Shown here piece by piece: positions 1 through 12,650 of a stretch of 64,000 nucleotides of DNA; position 1 is the first letter of the stretch, and each line of letters begins with the position of its first letter. The DNA is from Raillietiella orientalis (Eukaryota), in NCBI GenBank assembly GCA_036172245.1, contig JAYWIR010000032.1, positions 806,001 through 870,000 on the forward strand. Direction: 5' to 3'. The notes beneath the pieces are model-generated. The model ran no database searches and had not been told where the DNA came from. It worked only from the letters and a program-made list of their open reading frames with translations. The translations under genes and the position numbers were made by a program.

Positions 1-99
1 TTCCCAGATATTCTTCCCTCCGTTTTCTTCACTCAATTGTACTGGAGTCTGCGGGCAGCGGATTCTCATCCTAAGAGATGATGCAACTGACAGATGGGT

Positions 100-1800
100 T
101 TTTGTGAGCATATGAAAAGGAAAATGAAGAAACTGTGTTTGCGTAAGACCAGAGGTCAATAAATCTGGGAAACGTACATTCTTCGGTATACTGACACCAG
201 AAATCATAAAACTGTCCCAATACCGCAGACTCTCCGAGAAAGGAAGTTGACGGACATGTGCTGATGTAACGCGGGTGAGGCGAAGAATTTCCGAGGGAAC
301 AAGTCCTGATAGAAAAGGGTCATCGAAATGAAATTCCAATCCCTGGAGCGATATCTGAAGACGGAAGTTTCTACCACTTTGCTGCCGATTAGCCGAAATT
401 CCTATCACTGATGGCCACATCTGCTCATCTTTCAGCGTTATCTTTCCCACTCGCAAATACGCCGCCTTAGCTCAGAGAAGAGCTGATGGTGAGTCACTTT
501 TTTTCTTGTTATGTCGCATTTGTTACTCTCAATAGATGACAGCTGAGAAGGAATATTGACGATGAGAGCGTTTTTTTTTTTTTTTCTTCCTTGCTTGCTT
601 CCATTCGTTTGCAAGTTTTTGTCTTTTTCTCGTGAGCGCTGCTTTCGAGATGCTTTTCCTTGATGTTTTGCAGAACTTGATGACGTTCAGGTTGGTTCAT
701 CCATCCGACCTCTGGCTGCAACGGAAAAGCAGGAGACATCGAATCGGCTCTACGATACAGGAAGATTTCCGTAGGACAGCAGACCAACCGCACGCCACCC
801 ACTTCCAGAAGCAGTTGTGGGCAGTTTGAAACAAAGCCGTTTATGAGAACAGCAGCGGTCCTGTTTTTTTTTTTTTTTTTTTGCCTCGGGAATGTTCCAA
901 TCGATGCCTGGAGTTTCGAGGTGCACTTCCTTCAACCCCTCACCCATGTCGATTCCCCGTTTCTGCCACCTTACAGTGTACGCAGTTCGTTCGTGCAGCA
1001 GCTCCGTGACCGCCGCAACGGACGGAATCGATATTCGGAAAAGATGCAGACACACGCATGCGCATCCTGTGTTCCGCTTCGGCGAGAGTTTCCTTTGGGA
1101 GAGCTGAAGTGCATCCGGAGGAGGAGGAGGATCTTGCATGCTCGGAAAGAGGATTGTACCGCGGACGAGGTCTCAAGTTCGGAAGGGATAGAAATTCGTT
1201 ACAAACAATCTGGAAGCAAGTCTCCATCTCTCATCACATCGCCCTCACGAGCTTGGGATGCTGCGTGAGCGAGACACCCTCCAGGATGTCTTACTTGATC
1301 AAGGAAAATAAAACCGCAGCCCATTAGCCAAATGATCACAACAAAGCTGGAGCAAAGAGCTGGAGGCGCAGCTGAAAACTGAGATGCTGATGTTCAGCAT
1401 CAGCAGATGAGACTGGATGTACGTCGTCCACCATGGGATTGTGGGTAGATGACCCAAATGGCAAAGATTAGGGGCTTAACTTCCATGTACGCACGCACAC
1501 TCCAAACGCGGATGCAATGGAGTCGACGGAGCAAGAAGACGGAGTTAGGCATTTCTGAAAGAGTGGATAGTCAGAATCCACGAATGGCGAAGTGGTTTCA
1601 CGGGCTGTACACTGGGCACTCAGAGCTGGATGGGCGCCTCAGTGGAACACCAAGCTTTCACGAGAAGCTGCTGGCGGAAATTATGGCGCAAAAGAGCATC
1701 GCGCTTTCGAACGCAGCCCAAGATGAAATCAAACAGTTGCTTCTTGACCTCGGTTTCGATGAATTTTTGATCATTAATAAACCTGTAGGATGCGTAGGAC
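100..1800 (+). mobile_element. Decayed BEL/Pao LTR retrotransposon pol remnant
   Basis: Colinear degenerate motifs across frames: KFQSLERYL (~RFxSLERRL), YLSHSQIR (~YLPHHxV), RRHRIGSTIQEDFRR...HFQKQLW (~FRxHxIALTADIxKMY...QRILW), ELGMLRERDTL, WFHGLY (~LHGFxDAS). Many stops. Confidence 0.45.
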
Positions 1801-3539
1801 GCTAGGTTCCATCCAGTCGTCCCCACTAGAGGGCAAATGCTGTGCAACCAGTCAGCTGGTCGGCGAAGTCCGCTTTGAGAAGGTTGAAAAGGGAAAGATA
1901 AGTGGATAGGATAAATCCATTTAAAAAACTGCTATTCAGTTGTTCCTTGGGGATAACACCCTATCCAGTTTCACAGTTGGTTCTCATCCCGTCGTTCTCG
2001 TACGAAAAGTTGGGGGATGGTCGAAAGAAGAATCGAACCTCTTAGTAGCTGGTTTCCTCCTGCCCTTCTACCCTTCTTCTTTTCCTCTTCTCTTCGTCGC
2101 TGTCAGCTCTGTTATTCCACTCCTCATCATCATCATGAATGCCGCCGTCACCTACAGTGCCAGCCTTATCAACCGGGAATATCATCACCACCATCATCTC
2201 AGGACAGCTGGCGCTCATCCGAGACGAAAGATCGGTCTCTGCCTCTCGTCGTCCTCGTATCGTGGGACGGAGTCGTAACAACGTGCCCAGAAGGATCTGG
2301 AAAGGAATGGCAGCGGGAGAAACTCTCTAGGATATTCCATCAAGTCCTCCGTGCCCTCTGAGGGATGCAAGTCAGTTCCTCTCTGCATCCCCCCATCTGG
2401 AGACACCTCGTCGTCCTCCTTAGTAAGCAGGTCACAATCAGGATGGCGTCTCTGTTACTCCCTCGTCTGTTTCGGCTGCGTGCTGTTCTGCGACCTTCCC
2501 ACGAAGTAAGCGGCAGGCGGCTGTGGGAGAAGAGGAGCCTTAAAACGTCACTGAGGTTGTTCATCAGCAGCTGGGGAAGCTTAGGGAAACGCGGAAGCGA
2601 CGCAATCCTCCAAGTGCAGGAAGAATTCCACGTCCTCGCACGTGGTACAGTTCGGGTCCATGTCTTCTTCGTGTCCAGTGATGCAGTGGATGCTGCAAGG
2701 GAGACCTCCGTGCGAGAGCTACAATACCGCATTCTGCCACTGCCACCAACAAGCTCCGAAGAACCACTGAGGATCCGAAACGGAGAACAGAATCCAGGAA
2801 GAATTGGCATCTCAATCTATGAAATTCTTCTGCGGATTAAATCCACTCTTGAAACGACTCACGGAGGCTCAATAGGTACTTTGAATTTCAAATGAATGCA
2901 CTGACGCTGCTTCGGAAAACTTTCATGGTTCTTTTATGCTAATGGCTTAGGAGAATAGAAGTGCACTTGAGCATTCCCTGCTTTCAAGAAGGAGTTTTTT
3001 CTCCTGTTCCTCCAAAACTTGCTATTCAGGATACAGTGCAATGATAAAGGAGAAAGAAACCATCAGGTCTGGCGGAAAATCATCTACGTATGCCAATGAA
3101 AACGGAAGGAAAGGCTTAATTCTACTTCTGTCTGAATCCAGTCCCTGATTATCTCACACGGCTGCTTTCCTCCCCCCAAAAATTTTTGGGTAGCTGTGCG
3201 TCTGTGCCCCCTGCGATACCCACTCCACTCGTGATGCCTTGCTTCCCGTCTGGAGATCTGATCGGTTCATATGAACTTCTCGTAATCCGGTCGCAGGCGC
3301 CATCTTACATCTGACCGTTTTCCTTTCTAGAGATCACAATTTTTCCTGCATATTTCAGACAAGGATAACACGTGTAATGATGCACTGTGTATCCAAGAGA
3401 TGCGCCCGCTCATTATCGAATAAATGTCGAATTGAAAACAGAAAATGAATGACTGCAGAGCAATTTCCACTCGGCAATTTCCTTCTGTTCCACAATTTTT
3501 TTGTCGATGATTCTTAGTGACCAAAGAACTGTTAGAAGA

Positions 3540-4168
3540 TCGGATGCAGGGAAAACTCGAAGCGATCCTGGAATGATGGACGCCTCGGCGATCCTCTTCC
3601 GAGGGTGCTCTCATAAGTAGCTTCCAGTAGTGACTGCTACCACACTTTTGTGCCAGATGTGTCTATCCAAAGTGTCTATTGTGTATATCCGTGCATCCTT
3701 GAACGGATATGTGCAAGAGTTTGCAAATGAGGAACTGGGTCTGATTTCCGATTACACTTAAACTGATTGGAGAGAACTTGCAAAGAGAGACTTACCAGTG
3801 AGCTCTTGTTAGTGAGCCGTATCATTTGGTTCTTCTTTTCTGGTATCTCTACCCGTAGGCAGTGTGTCCCTCGTGGCACATCATGCGCTCGCCGCTTCTC
3901 ATGCCGAAGATTTAGGAAATCAGACCTCATTTGCAAACTCTTGCACATATCCGTTCAAGGATGCACGGATATACACAATAGACACTTTGGATAGACACAT
4001 CTGGCACAAAAGTGTGATAGCAGTCACTACTGGAAGCTTCTTATGAGAGCACCCTCGGAAGAGGATCGCCGAGGCGTCCATCATTCCAGGATCGCTTCGA
4101 GTTTTCCCTGCATCCGAACAAGCGCTCACTGATAAGTCTCTCTTTGCAAGTTCTCTTCAATCAGTTTA
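3540..4168. repeat. Permuted inverted duplication: A(3540-3749) B(3759-3810) ... A'(3915-4117) B'(4117-4168)
   Basis: Direct reverse-complement match with a few substitutions and one 7-nt indel. Confidence 0.95.
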
Positions 4169-4899
4169 CGTATGCGACCATATGGGAAGGGTGCAGCAAC
4201 CGAGATTGATGATTCCAAGACCTCAAATCTCCTGTTGGTTTGCATCTCCGGGAGTACCGGGACATCAATGGTGCTCATCAGGCACCTGTAAGTAGAGTTG
4301 CTTCCTAGGAAAGAGGAAATCCAATTTCATCGCGTATTTCTCCAGAGGGTCTCCCTCGCAAAGAGATTAGAATCCATCAGGTTCCACAGATGAGAAATGG
4401 AAGCACAACAAAATCTATTATTCGAGGATGCACGTGCTGTCATCCGTGTCTCAAGTGAATAGCTCGAGCTACTCTTTCGATCGCTCTTTTTTCCTATGCA
4501 TCCTTTGTCAAGAATTCACATCGTTATTTTCCCATCTGAAATGTTCGGAATCACATTGAGAAATGCATGGCGTGCGTTTTGGAAGGCTTCGATGTCTTCC
4601 CCCGCCTGCACTGCCGCGTCACTTGTCGGAAGACTGGTCCGCGACGGATGTTGAAGACTAGGGATGTCTCATGCTGAAAGTGAGAATTCATCTCAGCCTC
4701 TTCTCGACTCCGGGTTTTCCTCCTTTAGGCCAAGCCTACTTTCTCTTCAGATCCTTCATTGTGCAGCGCTAAAGATTAGAGGTCTTTTTGTGGAGGATCG
4801 ACCGTGTAGGACTGCTCTTGGTTGCGCGGAAGATGACCTAGCCGGTGCGTCTAGTGCGTGTACCTATGTATGATTGATCACCGTAAAGGTCCTTCATCC

Positions 4900-6500
4900 C
4901 TTCTTCTGTGTAATCCCTCCGCTCACTCGGTAAACAGAGCTGACTCGGTCAAAAAATTCCCAGCTGTTGCAGGACACGGCGGTTCTTGAGATTTCGGGCA
5001 TTCCAATGGACCGACGAAAATCGCGTACCCTGGCGCACTGGTTCTTGAAAATGAAAGAGAAACGCAGGTGCAGGATATGTGTGGTATCCGAGGAGTGCAT
5101 CAACCACTGTGGTGGGAAAGGAAAACTAGATTATTGAGAGAGACGACGAACTGGTTAGCAGCTTGAGTTTCTTCTCACTGAGGATTCTGCTTCCGCTTCA
5201 GCTGTTGTGTATCTCCATCCCGTTTACAAGTCGATTCAACGAAGGCTTTAGTTGTTTTGCTATCCTGTCAATGAGGATGATTTCAAGAGAACTTCCAAGC
5301 AATATAGCCATGATGCGACTTCTGTTTTGCTGAACTAGAACGCCTCTCAGATGAATCCGAGTGCAGCAGCTTTGCTTTCCGTAAGAACGAATACCAATGC
5401 CCGCAGAGTTGTTATTCTTTTCTCCCGCGACTTGGAGTCTCCTGAGCTGACGAGAATTTCCGTTCTCATGGCAGCAGCGAAATTCTCGTTCGTCTCCTTG
5501 GGTTCTGAATGCTCTAAGATCTCGAGCATAGCGCGCTCGGTTGAGTTGTCTTCGTGTTCATGGGAAGAAACCTCGCGTGCATCCATGTGTACCGCGAACG
5601 TCCACATGCGAGATCTCGCTGCGGGATTTTCATGTGCACGTGTGTAACCTCTGGACGTAACAGCACTTGTTGAGGTGCGTTGACCCACTGCATGTGCTCT
5701 TCTTCCTGCTCCTCGACCATGTGGGTCTGCTCTCCAACGTTTCCGAGGGTGTCCTAGCCAGTCCTGGCGAGTGATGTTCTTAATGCCGGAGGACTCCGTC
5801 AGCTTTCCGAGGTGGCTCGCGTATGCTCTCGAAATTTTCAGCTCTTGCAAGGCATCATCTCCCCCCTTGGGGTCCACGATGATTCCTATCAACGACGATC
5901 TACGCAAACTGCGGTTTTGCTAACGGTTTCGAGCTCGTGCATCTTGTTTCCATGTGCACAACCGCAATTTGAGTTCCACATCAATCAAAGTGAATCTTAA
6001 CAGATGGATCACTTCGTGTCCATACTGCTTGGTTGCACGAGGATATATGGTGCACATACAACCATCGAGAACTTGTGTATAGAGAACTGATGGTGCGGTT
6101 GCGAGACTGCAGTTACTCAACGGATCGCTGGATCCAGGTAGCAGATGCTCAGGTGGACACCAAAGCGACAACCCCTCGATGCTCAGCACGCTCATGATGC
6201 TCGGAATCTGGAAGGTTTCAGGACAAGTCTCTCCCTATCACGAGTTGCTATCTCAGGTCCAGTTTCAACTCGAAAACAATTCCCTGTCTCGTGAGTCAGA
6301 TGGTCGGAAGTGAACGCGTCGAAGAACTCTGGCTGAGCTGTGCTTTCGAATTGCCCACGAGCGGGGAAAGTTCGTTCTTGGATAATTCGCGGCAGTCTGG
6401 AGTTCCTTCCCACTCGAATGCCAAGGCTGCAGACATGCCTGCTGACCGACTCTTCTTCAAACAAGAAACTCGCGAGCGGAGCGTGGGCCCTTTGGAATCG
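4900..6500 (-). mobile_element. Highly decayed Gypsy-like pol remnant
   Basis: LATAPSVLYTQVLDG...GHEVIHLL...ELKLRLC resembles an RT core; LIGIIVDPKG; integrase-like FRRSIGMPEIS downstream. Weak match. Confidence 0.3.
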
Positions 6501-7339
6501 GCGATGTGCACCTTAAATATCCGCGGCGTGCGCGGATTGGTAGTTTGGTAAAGGAAAGCAGAAGCGAGGCTGGAATGGCTTTCTTCGTCTTAGCTTCAGA
6601 TTAATGTGCTCCGATCCTTAGTTAAAAATTGCAGTTGCAACGAATTGATTGGCTCCCAATGTCCAGACGATCGCTTTTTCTTATTTTCAAAGTGAATTTG
6701 TTGAATTCAGTTTGCACGGAAGGCCCATCTTCGAAGCGGCAGCACGCGAGCTGCTTCCCATGGCAGCAACCGCTCTCTTGCTGAGGTTTTCTTTCGCCCT
6801 GTGCCATGAGAATCGGAAGCTCCATCAGGTAAGCCGATCAGACGGTGCCTCCGCACCGTAAGGCACAGCTGTAGTCATTTTTGCGATTGGCGGTCTCCGA
6901 GCAGCGGAGCCACAACTGCTTCGTGGTTCCCGGGGATATTTTTGCCGTTTCATCACAAGGAAATTGTGAGGCGGGATTTTTTTGCAGCCCTGAGAAGTGG
7001 TCGCCTTGATTACGATATGCGGATGGTTCCGAAATAAAGAGAAGGCGATTACACCTAATCAAGATTTCCTCTGGACACTTAAGGATGAGATCTGCTGCTG
7101 GCTGGATAGGAGCGGTCGTCGAAAATAGTAGCTCGGAGACACCCACATGCTTCCTGAGCATTTCCCTCAAGTTTATTACATGTTACGAACGTCTCAAAGA
7201 ACTTCAATATTGGCAGCATCCAAATTGCTGAGGGAATTTAAAGCCTGCTGTATCTTCTCGAAACAGCAACAAGCAGAACAGGAGGAAAATCCGAAGAGAA
7301 ACGGAAAGTCCTAATCGAACCATCTAGTAGCTGGAACGG

Positions 7340-7640
7340 GAGAACGGAGGGGGAAAAGTTCCATCCGGAGTTGCCCTTGGGAGAGCTGGAGCTCTACGAG
7401 GCAGCAGGAAGAAGTCCCATCCGCTACAGTGGATGATTGAGGACCAGAATGATCGCAGCCTATTCTCTAAGTTTTCAAATGGCTGGGAAGTCATCCTTGG
7501 GCACTCACGCTCGGACTATTGGATCAACGAGAGCCACCAGCGAACTCCATTTGATTAGCGGAACCGGAGCTGTAGGATGGACCAGACGTCGAATTACGAG
7601 GAGTCTGTTGAGACGCTCAGCAGATCCCGGGGATGAGTGC
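7340..7640 (+). mobile_element. DIRS-like tyrosine recombinase C-terminal remnant
   Basis: MIAAYS...AGKSSLGTHARTIGSTRA...AVGWT resembles I..AY...aHStR...A.W. Confidence 0.4.
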
Positions 7641-8989
7641 GGTTGCTGCGGACATAGGGAGCGGTGGCAACCAAAGAATCTGTATTATGCTAAAGAGCGC
7701 TTGCAACGACTCATCAGCCAAAGCAATCGGTCCTGGAATCAAGGGTCGAGCTTTTCCTAGTCTCCAGGACGGTGGTTTCTGTCTTCAGGCGTTCGTCGGA
7801 GGAAGACGGCAGGTTCCTAGGTTTCAGAGAGCACACGGATACTGTAAAAATTGAAAATTAAAATTCGTTCCAAAGCCATGAAAACCACTCGTTTGTTCCT
7901 CACATCTGTTTCCGCGTTTATCTCACCATACAGTGCACACAAAACCCTTCCGACGTTGAGTTTTAGCATTGGCACCTGCTGGATGACAGTTCTAGTCTCG
8001 CTACATTATAGTAATTTACTGCCGAAGCACGTCCTGTTAGCTCTTCCATCCCTCCGGAATTCTTTTTCTGGCCCATTCGTCAACAACTTTTTTTTTTTTC
8101 CACGCGCACCTACTTTTATTCCATTTCAGGCACGCCGAAGAGGAGGATGGCACCCGCTTCCCGTGAGGTGCGCCTCGCACAGATCAGAAGCAAAATCCCT
8201 AAATGGGGAAGAAAAAAGTAAAGTTCCCATCGCGTTTTCCAGAGCAAGGGATAATGTGTTCATTTTTCTTCTTTCTCTACCGTTCTACTTGCTAAGCAGC
8301 AAACTTCTACTGCTGATAATTATTTTTGAGATGGTTTACCACAGCTCATCGAGACCTCGAGCGATGCTGTTTCGAGCAGCATGTCTGTAAAAGCAATGGA
8401 TTCTGAAAATGAAACTGCATCTGTGAAAACACAAATGTTCGTACTCTTGCTGTATTGGGATAGTTCACAGGGTGTTGTTAGAAGCATCATATACTCTCAG
8501 TAGTGTTTCGTGTCTCGTGTTTGTATGGTCTGTGGGGAACACGATCTTCCTCTGGTGGAAAGATTTGCAAAATGAACAATAAAAGATTTTCACAAATGCC
8601 TCGATCCCTTTCATGCTGGAAACTTCTTTGGTGACATTGGCATTATGGCCGAATGAACTTTCAGCTCTGGTGTTTTCTTGGCCCCTAACGTCACAGATGC
8701 ACATTTTATTCTTTCTGCTTTCTTTTCTTTTCCTATTGGCTGGGGGTAAAGGCTTCCACAGACGGCCGTCCGTCCTTTCAACAATGGGGAGTCTTCTCTG
8801 CTGGAACAAGACCACTTGTTCGGGTTACGGCGCAGGGCTGAAAGCTGATGGTCGTCTTCCGACGGGCTGCCTTTGGTTGTTCGGAAGGTGTCCGGTCACC
8901 GGTCTAGTCTGTTCTTGGAGTCCATTAGATGTCCACCATCACCATCACCTTCCTTATAGTTTACATGCAATCTCGAGATTTCGAGCCCT

Positions 8990-9200
8990 TGCAAGACATC
9001 TTCTTTCGAGGAATCCCAGATCCTGATAGGCCGACTACCATCGCGCAATGTGACCCTGGAGTTTCTGAAGCTAAAGGGGGATCTGGAGTATGCGTTCTAA
9101 AACGCAATTCGGGAACACATTCGAATGGGAAGCTAACGGCAAAAGAAAGGTACTCGCACACTGAACGTCGCTTGCCCTTGCAATTGTCTGCCAACGACGT
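8990..9200 (+). mobile_element. Gypsy-like RNase H remnant
   Basis: PDPDRPTTIAQCD...GSGVCVL...KLTAKERYSHTER resembles pD..p..l.cDAS..G.VL...kL..aErnYs.tErE. Confidence 0.45.
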
Positions 9201-9911
9201 TGCGAAAGACAGGACAGAAGGTGATCAAATTATTAAGGATCGGTTCTCCACATTGCAACCAAAGGAGAGTCTCTACAATGAAAGCAGATCTCTTGGGATC
9301 CCTTGGATGGCGAAGTGCTGTGCACATCCAAGAGCAATTGTTAGAAGATTCAATATTCCTGAGATGCACGTTAGAAGCATCGGGTGGGTCACTGCTCGTT
9401 TGAAGAAAATCCTCATGACAGTGATCTAAATAGAGCAGACAAGGGGAGAAGCGATGAAAATTCAAGCCCCTCATTTGTTTGCCTCCCTTTTTGTTAACAT
9501 GGGCGTCCTCAAAAAAATGAGAATCTGCAGCTGCAAGACCATAGCCATCATGGAACGGTTGACAACCTGCCTGTAAAGGTAACGAGCAGTATCCTTTCAT
9601 GATCCGGTAATCTTTCACTTCTCCAGCATACTTTAAATGGCACGAAGCAAACCGCAGTGCCCATCGCAGTGCAGACACATTTACGAGTAAAGCGGGTTCG
9701 TCTGAGAATACAAATTAGGAAAAGGAAACGTTTTCATCTGCAGAATGCGTTTCGTTGTACTACGAGGTCTGAAGATGCTGATGCATGTCACGCGCGCACC
9801 CTACAGGATCTCACGGAAAGTTTGCCCCTCGTGTCAGCTCTCTTGAGCTCTACAGCTTGAGTCGATTAAAACCGGCCTTCCTGAAGCATCGCTGCGTTTC
9901 TTCACACTTGT

Positions 9912-10076
9912 GGCGTGCCGGTTTGAAGCCGCTCGCCGGGTATTTTTAGATTTCATTGTTGGCCCGCGTGCCGGTGGACCGCCACGTTGGGGTCACATCG
10001 CCAATCAGGACTCGAGGCGTGCCGGTTTGAATCGTTCGCCGTGTATTTTTGGATTGCATTGTTGACCCGCGTGCCG
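9912..10076 (+). repeat. Two-copy direct repeat, ~62-nt unit, period 104 nt
   Basis: ggcgtgccggtttgaa...tattttt.gatt.cattgttg.cccgcgtgccg at 9912-9973 and 10016-10076. Confidence 0.85.
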
Positions 10077-10479
10077 ATCACGCACTCTGATGTCACGGCG
10101 CGAAGCCGGACTGGCAGCGGACTGGCTTGTAGTCGCTCGCCTTCTAGAATGCGTTTGTGTTACTCGGCAGGTAACAGGATCGATAGAATGAAATGATATC
10201 GGGCAGCCACTTAGGACCAGTTCGTCTCAAGCCTCGCTGTTTCGTCACAAGGCCACTCTTGAGAAGCGCCGGTTTCAAGTGACTCATGGTCTGCAAGCCT
10301 TTTCGAGATTTCCTTCTACTTTTGGCGATAGGAGATCCTTGCTAATGTCGATATGATCGAAAATTGCTTAGAAGATTGCGTTTTTTGCTCTCTCTTCTCA
10401 GCCAGAGGGTTCATCTTTCCACTAAAGGCTCACTCTAAAAACGCTGGCTCGCTCATCACTCTTAGACGAACTGTCATCT

Positions 10480-10790
10480 ATTTACAAGCAGAGTCCTCCG
10501 TCGTGACCCATGGAGTCACAAAGAGCGTTCTATTGCTGCGTCGGAAGTCCAAGCAAGAACCCTGGGAGAAGTGTCGCCGGCCCCTGTACCAGTCAGCCAC
10601 GCCTGCTGCCAGACACGAAGACGTCCGCTCCTTAGCGAGCCACTTCCACGTAACTCGAGTACGGAAAAACCTACGCGAGGAGCAATTACGTGGCAGTGTG
10701 CTTACCATGGTGTGTGAATGGCGAAGCGCTCGTGAACCGAGCAAGCCAATTTGCTGGCGGCGGTGCCAAGGAGGCCCAAGTATAAATCTG
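10480..10790 (+). mobile_element. DIRS-like tyrosine recombinase C-terminal remnant
   Basis: ARHEDVRSLAS...KNL...CEWRS resembles aHeVRalAts...nl...WrS. Confidence 0.5.
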
Positions 10791-11699
10791 TAACAGTGAC
10801 AAATAAACTTCAAGGAACACACACACACACTCACACACACAAAAAAAGTCCATGGTTTATACTATGATTATCTGCTTAAGATGCAAGATCCGTTCTTCTG
10901 TTTGATGTCAGCGGTTCACTCTGCCTCACTTGTCTCTCTCTACACTTGTCTCTCATTAGTTTCCAGGTTCCAACAATTATACTGCCGTTATCCAGTAAAA
11001 CTGAAACCCCTGTCAGCCGTGGATGAATCTGGTAATAATTATAATCGAATGACCGCATTCAGACAAAGAATTACGCAAGAGTTGTAATTTGAAACCTGCG
11101 TTTCCAAAGTAACTGCAAATCCAAGGCACGTAAAGATTGGCCATGACAGTCAGATGTTTCTTTCTATATTTATCTGCTACTCTTAATTCGGATCTTGACG
11201 AAACATCTCCAGTTATCAGAGCCGATTTGATTTCGGTTTGATGAAGCGTCAGGAAAACTCCTGGTGGAAATTTAAATCACTTTGCGAGGAGGATCGCCGT
11301 CAAAAGTGTTCCAGCACAGGACGACGTCTCATTGCTAAGCGGAATCTCTCGAGATCAGGGTGGAGATCGCCGGCACAGAAATCTGCGAAGCCGCTGCAGG
11401 TTCCCTGCGCCCGTTGAGCCAAATCATAGCTCCTTCGAGACAACGTGCGCCGTGCCAAAGCCGCTGCACGCACGCCGTGACAAAACCCTTCTGTGTAGTA
11501 TTCACAATAGGAGGCTAGCCGCGTTGTTTCCACCACAAATTAAGGGTGAGATGCTGCATTCCCTGTATCCCAATTCCTCAAACAGGAAAGTCTTCATTCC
11601 TTGTACTTTTTGAAATTGTTTCTGGTAATGTGATGATGCATTCTTTGACTGGCGCATGGGGCTTTTGATACGTTTGTTTTTTAAGGTGTCGGCTGAATT

Positions 11700-12650
11700 G
11701 CTACCGAGTCTTTTAAAGTTTCAGATTAAGTATACAGGAGGGTCTTTGGGTTACTACACACATTGGTGGCAATGGATCAGTTTCGAGGTCCATGAACGTG
11801 ACCATCTTCGGACGTAAAGGAATGCCTTCTAACGTTCAGTGGATACTGAGAGGTGAATCAAGTGTTCGTAAAGAGCTGCCACATGTTGATGGCAACGTGG
11901 CTTCGGGGGTAGTTGGTCAAGAGTGTACCGATAAATGCAACCAGTTTGAGGGGAACTTCAAGTGATCTAGATTCTGGAAACAATTCTCTTTTTTGCGCGG
12001 TTGCCCGTTGGACACCGTGCAAAAAAAAAGCAATCGTCTAACAAAATGACTCATGCTGTAATAAAGTACGATTGTCTAAAAAGGGTTTCCTTTGCTGCAT
12101 CTTCCACACCAGTGCTTTTTGTGAGCATGTCACCGTTAAGTTGGTTAAATTAATAAGGTAAAACCCTAATTCACCAGAATTTCTCCAGAACACCACATTC
12201 AACAGGAACCCCACATCAACTTGAAGCACATGGAATTTCGTGCATGAGATTTCGGGTATGAACATCGTTAGTTCATTAAAGCTGAGTGATCACATTCGTA
12301 TCAACACCGACTGAAGTTCGAGTCACATCTTTTACATCTCATGCAGTTGGTCACAGGCTGTTTAACTGCACTTGTCCAAGATGTCCGCTCGTTCGCCGTG
12401 CTGAGCACTTTCTGAAATCTTTGAGTTGATAACGCCAGTGATCAAAGTTCGTCTCAGCGGAAACGTGATCAAACACTTGTCTCGCGTGTTTTTTCTTTGC
12501 GAAAATCTCCAGAGCAGCCGAAGCCATTTCTCTGTTGTGCGGCCTCGGATGAAAACCGTAATGGATCTCCAATGGATGATAGAAGATGATTTCTTTGCAT
12601 TCTCCTGATAACACGTGTGCCGCACCGATAGCAGTTGTGGCATTTTCCAG
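11700..12650 (-). mobile_element. Decayed BEL/Pao RT remnant
   Basis: PHNREMA, KCSARRTSG...LNSL (~FDCSA..G.SLN), KFHVLQVDVGFL..VFW, LEGIP...DLETDPLP appear in the expected order. Confidence 0.5.

Noticed and set aside
29..305. Apparent minus-strand terminal exons (…LPFSESLRYWDSFMISG…, CHAT- or TBC-like)
   Set aside because: No upstream exons found, and the opposite strand gives a more coherent colinear set of BEL/Pao motifs.
2365..2895. 176-aa ORF and the opposite-strand Cys/His-rich stretch
   Set aside because: No family recognised and neighbouring frames are interrupted by stops; probably unidentified TE debris.
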